Positions 1 to 13,050 of a DNA stretch of 64,000 nucleotides are shown one piece after another. Location of the stretch: positions 1,056,001-1,120,000 of the forward strand of contig OZ245366.1 of assembly GCA_965226585.1 (NCBI GenBank), given 5' to 3'. A model generated the notes under the pieces. The model worked only from the letters and a program-made list of their open reading frames with translations, ran no database searches and was not told the origin of the DNA. Made by a program: the position numbers and the translations under genes. This DNA comes from Thermodesulfobacteriota bacterium. GTDB taxonomy: Bacteria; Desulfobacterota_D; UBA1144; Nemesobacterales; Mycalebacteriaceae. Position 1 is the stretch's first letter; every line of letters starts with the position of its first letter.

Positions 1-10
1 TCTCACACGG

Positions 11-1198
11 ATGAGAGACGGAGAATTCTCTGAAGGCGCAAAGGTTTTGAGAGCGAAAATAGATATGGCTTCAGGCAACATCAATATGCGCGACCCGGTG
101 ATATACCGGATAATTGACGCCCTCCACCACAGAACCGGAGACAAATGGAAGATATATCCGACCTACGATTTCGCCCACCCTCTTTCTGACGCGATTGAAG
201 GCATAACACACTCCCTCTGCACACTTGAATTTGAAGACCACCGCCCTCTTTACGACTGGTTTATTGACAAACTTTGCGACACAAACAGCCCGCGCCCCCG
301 ACAGATAGAGTTCGCCCGCCTTGACATGAGCCACACGGTTATGAGCAAAAGGCTGCTGGGCGACCTTGTGGAGGCGGGAGTTGTGGGCGGCTGGGATGAC
401 CCCGCAATGCCGACCGTTTCGGGAATGCGCAGACGCGGGTATCCTGCGGACGCCATAAAGGTTTTTTGCGAAAGAATCGGCATCACAAAACAGAAAAGCG
501 TCATAGAGGCGGGGCTACTTGAACACGCCGTAAGGGAGTCTCTCAACAAAACCGCGCCCAGAAAAATGGCGGTTCTGAACCCGCTTAAACTTGTCATAAC
601 GAACTACCCGGAGGGCGAAAAGGAGTTTGTCTCCGCCGTGAATAATCCCGAAGACGAATCTGCGGGAACGCGCGAGGTGCCGTTTTCCGGAACACTGTAT
701 GTGGAAAGGGATGACTTTATGGAAGAGCCGCCGAAGAAATTTTACCGCCTTTCGCCGGGCGCGGAGGTGCGCCTCAGATACGCGTATTTTGTAACCTGCA
801 CGGAAGTCATCAAAGATGAAAACGGGGATGTTGCGGAACTGCGCTGTGAGTACGACCCCGCGACAAAAGGCGGCAATTCTCCTGACGGGCGCAAGGTGCG
901 CGGAACGATACACTGGGTCAACGCGGAAAGCGCGGAACACGCGGAAGTGCGCCTGTATGACCGGCTGTTTTCAGAGAAAGACCCTTCGGGCGGGGAGAAA
1001 GATTTGAAAGAGGCGATAAACCCCGACTCCTTCAAGGTTCTCAAAAATGTGCCGGTTGAGCCTTCCCTCGGAGGCGCGAAAGCCGGAGAGGTTTTTCAGT
1101 TTGAAAGAAAAGGATATTTTGCCGCCGATGAGGACTTAAAAGACGGACGGCTTGTGTTCAACAGAACGGCGACACTCAGGGATTCGTGGAAAAAATAG
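11..1198 (+). CDS. glnS: Glutaminyl-tRNA synthetase (5'-truncated by window edge)
   Basis: Motifs [36 protein letters not shown] (KMSKS-like), [15 protein letters not shown]. Confidence 0.95.
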   Translation: MRDGEFSEGAKVLRAKIDMASGNINMRDPVIYRIIDALHHRTGDKWKIYPTYDFAHPLSDAIEGITHSLCTLEFEDHRPLYDWFIDKLCDTNSPRPRQIEFARLDMSHTVMSKRLLGDLVEAGVVGGWDDPAMPTVSGMRRRGYPADAIKVFCERIGITKQKSVIEAGLLEHAVRESLNKTAPRKMAVLNPLKLVITNYPEGEKEFVSAVNNPEDESAGTREVPFSGTLYVERDDFMEEPPKKFYRLSPGAEVRLRYAYFVTCTEVIKDENGDVAELRCEYDPATKGGNSPDGRKVRGTIHWVNAESAEHAEVRLYDRLFSEKDPSGGEKDLKEAINPDSFKVLKNVPVEPSLGGAKAGEVFQFERKGYFAADEDLKDGRLVFNRTATLRDSWKK

Positions 1199-1207
1199 AG
1201 CGAATTT

Positions 1208-2158
1208 TCAGGAAATCTCAAGCCAATCTTCGTATTTTCCGTTCTCAGCCCTTGTGATTTCAAAGTAAATTTCCTGCAGTTTTTTTGTAACCTTTCCGGG
1301 TTTGCCGTTTCCTATTTTTCTGTTGTCCACCTCGCGAACGGGGGTGATCTCCGCCGCCGTTCCGGTGAGAAACATCTCATCGGCGGAATACAGCTCATCC
1401 CTTGTAAAACGCTGTTCGTTTACTCTCATTCCCATATCCTCTGCGATTTGCATAACACAGTCGCGCGTTATGCCTTCAAGGGCGGAGGTTAGCGGAGGGG
1501 TTTTAATCTCGCCGTTTCTGACTATGAAAATATTTTCGCCGCTTCCTTCGGCAAGATACCCTTCAGAATCCAGAAGCAGGGCTTCATCAAAGCCCATTGA
1601 AATGGCTTCCTGTTTGGCAATAACCGAGTTCACGTAGTTGCCGCATATCTTCGCTTTCGTCATAAACGAGTTGACATGCATTCTTGTAAACGAGGAAATT
1701 TTTGTTCTGATGCCGTTGTTTATGCCGTCATCTCCCAGATACGCGCCCCAGTTCCACGCCGCGACCGCCACATTCACGGTGTTGTCCACGGGCAGAATCC
1801 CCATTGAACCGCCGCCCAAAAAGGCTATGGGTCTGATATACGCCTCTCTGAGTCCGTTTTTCTCAAGGACAAGGAAAACCGCTTCCCGCATCTGTTTTTT
1901 TGTGAACGGAATTTTTATCCCCGCTATGTGCGCCGACATAAAAAGCCGGTCTATGTGCGCGCCGAGTTTCAAAACCGCCGTCTTGCCGTTGCGGCTGCTT
2001 TTATAAGCCCGTATACCCTCAAAAACCCCCATTCCGTAGTGAAGAGTGTGAGTCAGAACGTGAACGTTCGCGTCTGCCCACGGAACAAGGGAGCCGTTGA
2101 ACCATATAAGGCCGGGAGTGCCGGTTTTTTTCTGTGTGGTTTTCTTTGAACGGCGCAT
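1208..2158 (-). CDS. ilvE: Branched-chain amino acid aminotransferase
   Basis: [25 protein letters not shown] lysine, [23 protein letters not shown]. Confidence 0.96.
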   Translation of the reverse strand: MRRSKKTTQKKTGTPGLIWFNGSLVPWADANVHVLTHTLHYGMGVFEGIRAYKSSRNGKTAVLKLGAHIDRLFMSAHIAGIKIPFTKKQMREAVFLVLEKNGLREAYIRPIAFLGGGSMGILPVDNTVNVAVAAWNWGAYLGDDGINNGIRTKISSFTRMHVNSFMTKAKICGNYVNSVIAKQEAISMGFDEALLLDSEGYLAEGSGENIFIVRNGEIKTPPLTSALEGITRDCVMQIAEDMGMRVNEQRFTRDELYSADEMFLTGTAAEITPVREVDNRKIGNGKPGKVTKKLQEIYFEITRAENGKYEDWLEIS

Positions 2159-2262
2159 AGAAACTCCGCTTGCGGACGGGCTATTCTAACGACAGGAGAG
2201 GCAAAGCGCAATTTTCGCCGCCTGTGTGTTATATTGAAGCGTTCCCTTCAACAGAGACTGAT

Positions 2263-3534
2263 ATGGCAACCGAAAACGGCGAGACGAGGGTTCTTTTTAT
2301 CAACCACTCCGTTCGGGACGGAGGACCCGGAAGAAGCCTGTTCTACATACTGAAACATCTTGACCGCCGGGCTGTGCGCCCTTTTGTTCTCATTCCGAGA
2401 GACGACATTTTTTCTGAAAGACTTAAAGAGGAAAGCATCTACCGCGACGTGATTGTGGACTCGCGTTTTCCGGACGGGCTTTTGCGCCCCTGTCTGCGCG
2501 GGATTTTGCCTGAACCCAAAAAAAATTCGGGTTTTTTACTCACCGCGCTTTTGAAGATTGTTTACGCCTCTGTGAACATTGCCCGCATTGCGGCTCTTAT
2601 TTTCACCTTCGGAAAAGTGTTGCGGGAACACAATCTGGATTTAATTCACTGCAACGGAACAATAGCAAAAATAACCGGCGCTTTTATCGGGCTGTTTCAC
2701 GGCCGCCCCGTTGTCTGGCACGTGAGAAACATACAACAGACCCGTTTTTTGAGTTTCATCATAACCCGTCTCGCGCGTTTGGGCGCGGTAAAAAAAATAA
2801 TATGCGTCTCCCGTGCAACAGCCGTTCAGTTCGGAAACAATCCGAAGGTTTGCGTAATACACAACGGAATTGACCCCGAAGACTTTGACCCCGAAAGAGT
2901 GGAGAAAGGAGCGATGAGAAAAGAGTTCGGCATCCCCGAAGGCACTATTGTGATTGGAAACGCTGGCAGAGTGGTTCCCCGCAAAGGATACGGGCACATG
3001 ATAGGGGTGGCGGAAAAGGTGTTAAAAAGCGAGAAGCGCGGCGGCGGAGAAAAGTTGAAGTTTGTGATTGTGGGAGACACGCCGGGATTCTTCGCAAAAA
3101 ACCACCTTGCCGAACTCAAAAACGAAGTTGAGAAAAAAGGTCTGACGGACAGTTTTATTTTTACCGGATTCAGAAAAGATGTTGCCGGATGCATGGCGGA
3201 TTTCGACATATTTCTTATGCCGTCAAACTATCCTGACCCTTTTCCGCGCGCCGTCATAGAGGCGATGTCTCTCGCAATACCGGTGCTGGGTTTTAAAGTT
3301 GGAGGCATCGAAGAGTCCGTTGAGCAAGGAGTAACGGGCATGCTGAGCCTTCCGGCAGACAAAGGCGGATCTTCTCCGGAAGACGAAATGGCGGCGCATC
3401 TGGAAATACTGCTTGATGATGCAAATTTGAGAAACACCATGGGAACGGCGGCGCGGGAGCGAGTCATAAAACTGTATTCGGCGCGGCTGAAAACCGCTGA
3501 AATTCAGTCCGTCCTTCTTGAAGCGGCCGTCTGA
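2263..3534 (+). CDS. Glycosyltransferase family 4 (GT-B)
   Basis: IHNGID, GRVVPRKG, DIFLMPS..DPFPRAVIEAM; ATG at 2263 preferred over the upstream TTG. Confidence 0.88.
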   Translation: MATENGETRVLFINHSVRDGGPGRSLFYILKHLDRRAVRPFVLIPRDDIFSERLKEESIYRDVIVDSRFPDGLLRPCLRGILPEPKKNSGFLLTALLKIVYASVNIARIAALIFTFGKVLREHNLDLIHCNGTIAKITGAFIGLFHGRPVVWHVRNIQQTRFLSFIITRLARLGAVKKIICVSRATAVQFGNNPKVCVIHNGIDPEDFDPERVEKGAMRKEFGIPEGTIVIGNAGRVVPRKGYGHMIGVAEKVLKSEKRGGGEKLKFVIVGDTPGFFAKNHLAELKNEVEKKGLTDSFIFTGFRKDVAGCMADFDIFLMPSNYPDPFPRAVIEAMSLAIPVLGFKVGGIEESVEQGVTGMLSLPADKGGSSPEDEMAAHLEILLDDANLRNTMGTAARERVIKLYSARLKTAEIQSVLLEAAV

Positions 3535-4901
3535 CGGCGACCGTCTTTCATCTCTCTTTTTCTGAAGAACAGCCGTATCGGCGTGCCTTCAAAACCGAAC
3601 TCTTCCCTCACTCTGCGCTCAATGTATTTTGAATAATGAGCGGGAATCGCCGCGCCTGTGGAGTTTGTGAAAATTACAAAACCCGGCGGATTTGTCTGAA
3701 CTTGACTCATGTAATACGCCTTAAACTCGCGCCCGCTGAAAACGGAAGGTCCCTCTCTGACGGCTTTTTTGAGTAAATCGTTGAGTTTTCTCGTTGAGAC
3801 TTTCTTCCCGTGAAGTGAGCGCGCCTTGACCGCGCTTCTGAACAGTTTGTTTATATTTTTCCCCTTTATGGCGGAAATCTTCACCGTTTGCGAAAAATGG
3901 AGCGCGCCGCCCAGACGCTCAATCGTTTTCTCTCCTATGTCCTTCACCTCGTCCGCCTCTTCGGGAGCGAGATCCCACTTATTGAGCGCGATTACAGCCG
4001 CCCTTCCCCTGTCTTCAATGAGGGCGGCAAGGCGCGTGTCCTGACGGGACGGACCCTCTGAAGCGTCTATCATCAGCACCGCCACATCGCACGAGGCGAT
4101 GCTTCTTATTGCCCTCAGAGTTCCCAGCCGCTCTACGGAGCCGCCGATTTTTGTCCGGCGGCGCACACCCGCGGTGTCGGTTATAACGTATTTTCGTCCG
4201 CCGTATTCAAAGGGAACATCAACCGCGTCTCGTGTGGTTCCGGCGACCGGGCTGGTTACCATTCTGTCGCTTTTCAGTATTGTGTTGACAAGAGTGGACT
4301 TGCCGACATTGGGTTTGCCTAAAATCGCAATCCGCATCGGGGGTTCTTCCGGTTCCTGCTCTTCGCCCAAATCCGGGGGAGCGGGAAGCGCCGAGGTTAT
4401 CTCATCAAGAAGTTCATAAGTGTTTCGGCCGTGAAGGGCGGAAATCCCCGTCATCTCCACCTCTCCGAGCGAGTGAAAATTGTCAATGAATGTTTCATGT
4501 TTTGAGTGGTCTATTTTGTTCACAAAGCAGAAAACTTTTTTTCCGCTTTTTCTGAGCATCCGCATAATCTCCTTGTCTTGAGGAACCGGCGGCTCCGCCC
4601 CGTTCACAAGCATCACTATCAAGTCCGCCTCTTCAATGGCAATTTCCGCCTGCTCTTTCGCCCCTGTTTCCCCGCCTTCCTCTTTGCCCAGCGGCTCAAG
4701 ACCGGCTGTGTCAACAACCGAAAAATCCAGTTTGTTCCACCGGACGTCCGCGTAGATTCTGTCTCGCGTAACTCCGGGAATGCTTTCAACAATTGCCTTG
4801 TCCGTTCCCGCAATCCTGTTGAACAGCGTGGATTTGCCAACATTGGGCCTTCCAACGATGGCAACAAGCGGCGCGGCGCGCTTTTCAGGTTGAGAACCCA
4901 T
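3504..4901 (-). CDS. der: Ribosome biogenesis GTPase Der (EngA)
   Basis: Two G domains (GRPNVGKS, GKPNVGKS; DTAG twice; NKID/NKWD) and C-terminal GFEGTPIRL; start set at ATG 4901. Confidence 0.96.
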   Translation of the reverse strand: MGSQPEKRAAPLVAIVGRPNVGKSTLFNRIAGTDKAIVESIPGVTRDRIYADVRWNKLDFSVVDTAGLEPLGKEEGGETGAKEQAEIAIEEADLIVMLVNGAEPPVPQDKEIMRMLRKSGKKVFCFVNKIDHSKHETFIDNFHSLGEVEMTGISALHGRNTYELLDEITSALPAPPDLGEEQEPEEPPMRIAILGKPNVGKSTLVNTILKSDRMVTSPVAGTTRDAVDVPFEYGGRKYVITDTAGVRRRTKIGGSVERLGTLRAIRSIASCDVAVLMIDASEGPSRQDTRLAALIEDRGRAAVIALNKWDLAPEEADEVKDIGEKTIERLGGALHFSQTVKISAIKGKNINKLFRSAVKARSLHGKKVSTRKLNDLLKKAVREGPSVFSGREFKAYYMSQVQTNPPGFVIFTNSTGAAIPAHYSKYIERRVREEFGFEGTPIRLFFRKREMKDGRRQTAASRRTD

Positions 4902-4949
4902 AACAGTTGCAGAGTATATATTATTGTCCCGTATCACGGAGAGACAGGA

Positions 4950-5393
4950 TTGGAAGCAAAAGCGGCTAAAAACAGGGTGTCGGTTCTGGTTGTCAACAGA
5001 AGCCGGGGGGCAAAGCGCGAACACCTGACCTTGATGAAGTCCTGCGCAAGACGCGCGGCGGGGCTTCTTCCGCTCAGAGGGGAAATAAGCATTGCCGTTA
5101 TTGACGATGAGGAGATGAGAGAGCTCAACCGGACTTACCGAAATATCTCAAGAACAACTGATGTCCTCTCATTTGAGCAAGACGGCGGCGGCCTTGCGGG
5201 AGACATTGTCATATCGTTTGAAACTGCGCTCAGACGCGCGAAACTCTACGGCATCACGCCGGAAGAGGAAATAAAAAAACTGATAGTTCACGGAGCGGCG
5301 CACCTTGCCGGGCACCGGCACAAGAAAAAACGGGAAAGCGAAACCATGCGCGCCGAAGAGGCGAAAATTCTGCGCGCGGTTTCAGACCTTTGA
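4950..5393 (+). CDS. ybeY: rRNA maturation RNase YbeY
   Basis: MRELNRTYR, TDVLSF, GDIVIS, HGAAHLAGHRH (H-x3-H-x5-H); start uncertain (TTG 4950 or GTG 4977). Confidence 0.9.
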   Translation: MEAKAAKNRVSVLVVNRSRGAKREHLTLMKSCARRAAGLLPLRGEISIAVIDDEEMRELNRTYRNISRTTDVLSFEQDGGGLAGDIVISFETALRRAKLYGITPEEEIKKLIVHGAAHLAGHRHKKKRESETMRAEEAKILRAVSDL

Positions 5394-6020
5394 GCCGTCT
5401 CCGCCCTCTTCACCGGGTTCGAGGGCAGGGTCGGTCTCGGATTCAGATGGCTGTTCGGGGGGTCTGAGCATGGTCGGCTCCGCGCCCAAATCCTTTTCTA
5501 TCTCCTCAATCTCCTTGAGGGTCGGCAAGTCTGAAAGTTTGTCTACGCCGAATGTTTGAAGAAAATCATCTGTTGTTTTGTAGAGAAACGGCTTTCCGGG
5601 AACGTCCTTTCTGCCGCATATCTCAAGCATCCCCCTCTCCATAAGCAGGTTGACAACTGCGGAAGAGTCCACCCCGCGAACCTCCTCCACATCGGCTTTT
5701 GTGAGAGGCTGTTGATACGCCGATATGGCAAGCACTTCAAGCGCCGCTTTGCTGAGGCGCAGTTTTTTTATTTTTTTATTGAATCCCGTTATCTCGCCCG
5801 CAAACTCTTTTTTTGTCCTGAACTGGTAGCCGCCCGCAACCTTCACAAGTTCAAACGCCCTGTCCATTGAGTTCCATTCATCCGTGAGTTCACTGAAAAC
5901 ATCGCCGAGATCAATGGATGAAAGTTCCGGCAGAGCACCTTTAAGCGCCGACTGGCTGACGGGAGACTGTGATGAAAAAATCACCGCCTCAATCACTTTT
6001 TTTATCCGGTTCTTCTCCAT
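5382..6020 (-). CDS. scpB: SMC-Scp complex subunit ScpB
   Basis: IEAVIF, VAGGYQFRT, LSKAALEVLAI.AYQQP, RGVDS, PGKPFLYKTT..FL. Confidence 0.95.
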   Translation of the reverse strand: MEKNRIKKVIEAVIFSSQSPVSQSALKGALPELSSIDLGDVFSELTDEWNSMDRAFELVKVAGGYQFRTKKEFAGEITGFNKKIKKLRLSKAALEVLAISAYQQPLTKADVEEVRGVDSSAVVNLLMERGMLEICGRKDVPGKPFLYKTTDDFLQTFGVDKLSDLPTLKEIEEIEKDLGAEPTMLRPPEQPSESETDPALEPGEEGGDGSKV

Positions 6021-6795
6021 CCTGTTTGTCCTCCGAGTATAAAAGTTTTATTGAAGAAAAAGGTTTTTTCTGAAACAACTCAACAACCTCTTTCTTCGCG
6101 AGTTCAAGAATAGCCATAAACGAAACCGCAACCTGGCTTCTTGACGGTTTTTCTTCAAAAAGCATATCGAAATTCTCTATCACTTTTTCCTTCTTCAACT
6201 TTGCGTGTATCTCGGCAATCCTCTCCTCAACCGATATGGGGTCGATAATGAGCGTGATGTCTTCCTTGTCGTTCTCGTTGATTCTGGCTCTCATTTCGCA
6301 CAGCGACATAATGAGCGGCCACACCCCGGATGCCGCTACTTCGGTCTCAACTTCGGGGTCGCCAAACTCTTCGGTGTATCCGAGCCCTTTGAGGAAAACA
6401 TCTCTGCCGAGCAGACTCATCGCGCCCATTTTCAGCGCCGCATCGCGAAACCTTTCGTACACAACCAACCGCCGCGCCAGCTCAATACGCGGGTCAATCT
6501 CCTCTCCGGTTTCCTCGTCTTCAACTTTGGGCAGAAGCATTCTGGATTTGATAAGCCCCAGTTCGGCGAGAAACGGAAGGTGCCGCCCGGCGGAGTCAAG
6601 GCTGTGCTCCTTAATCTCCTCAAGTTTCCGGTTGTACTGTCCGGCTATGTTTGCGACCGGAATGTCGTATATGTCCACCTCTTTCTTTTTCACAAGCATG
6701 AGCAGAAGCTCAAGCGGACCTTCAAATTCGTCAATATCAACCGTGTAGAAGTTTTCTTCCTGTCCGTCATTAAATGATGTTTGCTCTGTGGTCAT
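5989..6795 (-). CDS. scpA: Segregation/condensation protein A
   Basis: FEGPLELLL.L, DIYDIP, IKSRMLLP, DPRIEL, FMAILEL; directly upstream of scpB. Confidence 0.94.
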   Translation of the reverse strand: MTTEQTSFNDGQEENFYTVDIDEFEGPLELLLMLVKKKEVDIYDIPVANIAGQYNRKLEEIKEHSLDSAGRHLPFLAELGLIKSRMLLPKVEDEETGEEIDPRIELARRLVVYERFRDAALKMGAMSLLGRDVFLKGLGYTEEFGDPEVETEVAASGVWPLIMSLCEMRARINENDKEDITLIIDPISVEERIAEIHAKLKKEKVIENFDMLFEEKPSRSQVAVSFMAILELAKKEVVELFQKKPFSSIKLLYSEDKQDGEEPDKKSD

Positions 6796-6801
6796 GATTT
6801 T

Positions 6802-7443
6802 TTAGAAAACACCTTGCGCTCCGGTAAATAAAACGCACAACTTTTCCACGGGAGTCCAGAGCGCTTTCATAAAACCATCCCTTGCGAATATGAAAATGCC
6901 AAATAACGCGAGCATTCCAAACTTCTCAAAACGCGCGTAGAACTCCCCTATTCTGTCGGGGAGAATTCCGTAAAGAATCCGCGAACCGTCAAGCGGGGGA
7001 ATGGGAATCAGGTTGAAAACCGCGAGTGCGACACTGTAAAGAACAAGCAGAAGAATAATTGTCGCCACAAAGTTCGCCGTTCCTTCGTCAAGCCCCGCGC
7101 CGCCGGACGCGGCAAACATCTTGTATCCCCATCCCGCCGCAAAAGCCGTCAGAAGGTTGGAAAGGGGACCAGCCGCTGCGATAAAAATCATTCCGGTTTT
7201 GGGGTTTTCAAGGTTGTTCAGATTCACCGGCACGGGCTTTGCCCAGCCGAATCCGGCGATAAACATCAAAACAGTTCCGAGAAAATCCAGATGGGCAATG
7301 GGGTTGAGAGTCAGCCTTCCCAGCCTTCTCGCCGTGTCATCGCCCAGCGCGTCTGCGGCAAGGGCGTGGCTGAACTCATGCACCGTCAGCACAAAAAGTA
7401 TGACAACCACCGTAACCGCAATTTGAAAAGGATCAGAAAACAC
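6802..7443 (-). CDS. Site-2 protease family (M50) membrane metallopeptidase
   Basis: HEFSH, GRLTLNP, GWAKPVP, AAAGPLSN, FNLIPIPPLDG. Confidence 0.93.
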   Translation of the reverse strand: MFSDPFQIAVTVVVILFVLTVHEFSHALAADALGDDTARRLGRLTLNPIAHLDFLGTVLMFIAGFGWAKPVPVNLNNLENPKTGMIFIAAAGPLSNLLTAFAAGWGYKMFAASGGAGLDEGTANFVATIILLLVLYSVALAVFNLIPIPPLDGSRILYGILPDRIGEFYARFEKFGMLALFGIFIFARDGFMKALWTPVEKLCVLFTGAQGVF

Positions 7444-7447
7444 TGCG

Positions 7448-9642
<2,195 letters not shown>

Positions 9643-10818
9643 TTATTTGCCGACAGCCTTTTGCAGGCCCCCGGTCTTATCTGTTTTTTCCCATGTAAAA
9701 CAGCCGTTTCCGTTGTCTTCACGGCCGAAGTGTCCGTATGCCGCAGTCGGCGAATATATCGGTCTTAAAAGGTCAAGCGTTTTGATTATTGCCGCAGGGC
9801 GCAGGTCAAAGTTTTCCCGTACTGCGGAAACTATTTTGCTTTCCGGCTCAGAGGAAGTGCCGAAAGTATCCACCATAACGGAAACCGGCTCGGCAACCCC
9901 TATGGCGTAGGCAAGTTGAACTTCGCACTCTTTGGCGATTCCGCTTGCCACAACATTTTTGGCGATATAGCGCGCCATATACGCCGCGCTGCGGTCAACC
10001 TTTGACGGATCCTTGCCCGAAAACGCGCCGCCTCCGTGCCGCGCCCATCCGCCGTATGTGTCTATAATTATCTTCCTGCCCGTAAGCCCCACGTCTCCCA
10101 TCGGGCCCCCTATCACAAATCTGCCGGTCGGGTTCACAAGCACCCTCGTTTTGGAGGTGAAAAGCCCTTCGTCAATCACGGGTTTTACCACCTCTTCAAG
10201 AACTCCCTCATAAATGGTCTTGTTGTCTGTGTCGGGGGAATGTTGCGAAGAGATTACAACCGTATCAATCTCAACGGGCTTTTTGTTTTCATATCTGACG
10301 GTAACCTGAGATTTCCCGTCGGGGCGCAGAAACGGCAAAGCGCCGTCCTTTCTTTTTTCCGAAAGCCGTTTTGAAAGATGGTGCGCGCAAGTTATCGGGA
10401 AAGGAAGAAGCTGGGGTGTGTCGTCATTCGCGTAGCCGAACATAAGCCCCTGGTCTCCGGCTCCCTGCTCTTTGTCGGGACCGGAATCCACTCCCGCGGC
10501 AATGTCGGGAGACTGAACGTCCGTTGCCACCATCACAGAGCAAGTGCCTGAGTCAAAACCCATAGAACTGTCCGTGTATCCGATGCGCTCAACCGTCCGG
10601 CGCACAACTTCGGGAATATTCACCTGTGACGCGCTGGTTATCTCGCCCGATACAACCGCGAGCCCCGTGGTAATAAGAGTTTCGCACGCAACCCTGCTTG
10701 CCGGGTCTCCCTCAAGCATGGCGTCAAGGACGGCATCAGATATCTGGTCTGCCATCTTGTCCGGATGCCCTTCGGTTACCGATTCGGATGTGAAAATAAA
10801 ACTTTTACTGTCAGACAT
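9643..10818 (-). CDS. metK: S-adenosylmethionine synthetase
   Basis: [28 protein letters not shown]. Confidence 0.98.
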   Translation of the reverse strand: MSDSKSFIFTSESVTEGHPDKMADQISDAVLDAMLEGDPASRVACETLITTGLAVVSGEITSASQVNIPEVVRRTVERIGYTDSSMGFDSGTCSVMVATDVQSPDIAAGVDSGPDKEQGAGDQGLMFGYANDDTPQLLPFPITCAHHLSKRLSEKRKDGALPFLRPDGKSQVTVRYENKKPVEIDTVVISSQHSPDTDNKTIYEGVLEEVVKPVIDEGLFTSKTRVLVNPTGRFVIGGPMGDVGLTGRKIIIDTYGGWARHGGGAFSGKDPSKVDRSAAYMARYIAKNVVASGIAKECEVQLAYAIGVAEPVSVMVDTFGTSSEPESKIVSAVRENFDLRPAAIIKTLDLLRPIYSPTAAYGHFGREDNGNGCFTWEKTDKTGGLQKAVGK

Positions 10819-10874
10819 TGTAAAGAGATAAAACGCCCTCAGGCGGCACAAACATAACCGCCCCGAACTGAATT

Positions 10875-11144
10875 TCAAACAAGAATACCGGACACCCTTT
10901 CAACGAAGCAGTTTCCCGTCTTTTCCGCCAGATAGACAAGTATCGCGCCAAACTCAAAAACCGCAAAGCCGTCATCCACAATCGCGGGTATCCGCCCGTT
11001 TGGATTTATGGCGATAAACTCCGGCGTTTTCTGTTCGTTTTCGTGCAGTTTAAGGGCGTGAACCTTGTAAGGAAGCCCCGTCTCTTCCAGCATTATTGAA
11101 ACTTTCCTGCCATTGGGGGTTGCCGATGTGTAGAGGTCAATCAT
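10875..11144 (-). pseudogene. Truncated glutathione S-transferase (N-terminal domain only)
   Basis: [32 protein letters not shown]; the expected GKLL continues in a shifted frame then stops; no C-terminal domain before metK. Confidence 0.75.
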
Positions 11145-11152
11145 TGGGGCTG

Positions 11153-11932
11153 TCAGCGTTCTATTTTCACAATCCGGCTCCGGGAGCCGAATTTGCCGGA
11201 AACCGTTTTGCCGTCCGGGTCAACAAGTTCAAGGAAAAACGAGTAGCCGCCGCTTTTGAGCCCTTTTACAAAAGCGGGCTGCCATTTGTCAAAAACCTCA
11301 GTCACAACCGGCTCCGCGCCGCCGTCAGGAAAAACAGACAGGCGAACCGTGTAGCCGTCTTTTGAGAGTTCCACGTTGTGAAGATAGAAATCAACCATAA
11401 CCTTGTCCGCGCCCGCGCCCTTGTAGGTTCCCTTCGGACGGCTGTATATGAGAGCGGGACCCGCAAGCCACGGCGAAATGGCAAAAGATGAAATGACGTT
11501 GAAGTTCACCACATCCGCGGCGCCTGAAGTTTTGACGCTTTCGTGATACGACCGCGAGGGGAAAACAACAAGTGTGTGAGGCCCCGGCGTGAGACCGCTC
11601 AGGCGGACGGGCTTTGAAGTGTCGTAAATTGCCATATACGGCTTGTTGTCAACAATCAGATGCAGATGCTGTCCTTTGTCTGAATTCGCCAGACGGTTTT
11701 TTCTTCCGGTATTTGTCTGAGCGCCAAGTTCATAGCCGCTCACCTCAAGGGCAACTTCGGGAGAGAAGGAAAAAACCGAACCGCCGTCTGAGGGAAACGC
11801 AATCTTCGCCCGCGCGTCCGGGAACTGTGGCGACCTTTTCACTTTTTCAACACTTACCTGCTCCGCGCGGACGCCCGGAGAAAACACCGCCGCGACTGAC
11901 AGAGCGGCGGCAAAAAGAAGCAAAAATCTCAT
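11153..11932 (-). CDS. Exported hypothetical protein, beta-rich, with His motifs
   Basis: Signal peptide (..GVRA/E), [22 protein letters not shown]; family not firmly recognised. Confidence 0.7.
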   Translation of the reverse strand: MRFLLLFAAALSVAAVFSPGVRAEQVSVEKVKRSPQFPDARAKIAFPSDGGSVFSFSPEVALEVSGYELGAQTNTGRKNRLANSDKGQHLHLIVDNKPYMAIYDTSKPVRLSGLTPGPHTLVVFPSRSYHESVKTSGAADVVNFNVISSFAISPWLAGPALIYSRPKGTYKGAGADKVMVDFYLHNVELSKDGYTVRLSVFPDGGAEPVVTEVFDKWQPAFVKGLKSGGYSFFLELVDPDGKTVSGKFGSRSRIVKIER

Positions 11933-11999
11933 CCCCACAAATCTACCACATAAAAAAGCCGGTTTTGAAAAACAGCCGCGCCCGTGTAAGTTCCGTCAG

Positions 12000-13034
12000 G
12001 TGAGCAAACCACCGAAAAAACGCGGCAAGCCCGGCGCGCCCGCAAGAGACACCGTATCCCTCGACATTCAGTCGCGTCCGCGCAGAAACAGAAAAACGGA
12101 AGCCGTACGCTCTCTCGTGCGGGAGACTTCGCTGTCTGCCCGAAACCTTATCTATCCCGTGTTCATTCACGGCGGCTCTTCGGATGAAAACATAGAATCC
12201 ATGCCCGGCAAAAAACGGCTTTGCGCCGAAGGTCTGCTCAGAGAAACCGAAGCGTCTCTAAAGGCGGGGATTTCAACCTTCATGCTGTTTCCCGCAATTG
12301 CAGACCGGCTGAAATCCCCCGGCGGCGGCGAGGCGGCAAACCCCCGCGGACTCGTGCCCGAAGCCGTGCGCAGACTGAAAAAAGAGTTTCCCTCCGCCAC
12401 CGTGATAACAGACATCGCCCTTGACCCCTATTCAAGCGACGGGCACGACGGCGTTGTGTCGGCATCGGGCGAAATCCTGAACGATCTCACGGTTGAGATT
12501 TTGTGCCGTCAGGCTCTCTGTTGCGCGGACGCCGGGGCGGACATGGTCGCGCCAAGCGATATGATGGACGGACGTATCGGGGCGATAAGAGAGGCGCTTG
12601 ACGAAAGCGGAAACACACAAACCTCCATCCTCGCCTACACGGCAAAATACGCCTCATGTTTCTACGGACCCTTTCGCGGCGCTCTGGATTCCGCGCCGAA
12701 ATCAGGCGACAAAAAGACCTACCAGATGGATCCCGCAAATGTGAAGGAAGCGCTCAGAGAGCTCGCCCTTGACGAAGCGGAAGGCGCGGACATAGTGATG
12801 GTCAAACCCGCGAGCCACTACCTTGATGTTGTGAGCGCGTTCAGGGAATCAACCGACCTGCCGGTCGCCGCATATCAGGTGAGCGGCGAATATCTGATGA
12901 TAAAATCCGCCGCCGCAAAAGGCTGGCTGAACGAGCGCGATGCCGTAAGAGAAAGTCTGCTCTCAATCAAAAGAGCGGGAGCGGACATGATAGCAACCTA
13001 CTTCGCGCCGGAAGCGGCAGACATTCTTTCCTGA
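12000..13034 (+). CDS. hemB: Porphobilinogen synthase (ALA dehydratase)
   Basis: RPRRNR, DIALDPYSSDGHDG (Asp-rich, Zn-independent type), SDMMDGR, YQMD, VMVKP, AYQVSGEY. Confidence 0.97.
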   Translation: MSKPPKKRGKPGAPARDTVSLDIQSRPRRNRKTEAVRSLVRETSLSARNLIYPVFIHGGSSDENIESMPGKKRLCAEGLLRETEASLKAGISTFMLFPAIADRLKSPGGGEAANPRGLVPEAVRRLKKEFPSATVITDIALDPYSSDGHDGVVSASGEILNDLTVEILCRQALCCADAGADMVAPSDMMDGRIGAIREALDESGNTQTSILAYTAKYASCFYGPFRGALDSAPKSGDKKTYQMDPANVKEALRELALDEAEGADIVMVKPASHYLDVVSAFRESTDLPVAAYQVSGEYLMIKSAAAKGWLNERDAVRESLLSIKRAGADMIATYFAPEAADILS

Positions 13035-13050
13035 ATCCCGCCTGAAACTG

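Noticed and set aside
4506..4949. N-terminal half of the 295-aa + strand ORF
   Set aside because: It is antisense to der; only the part from about 4950 resembles YbeY
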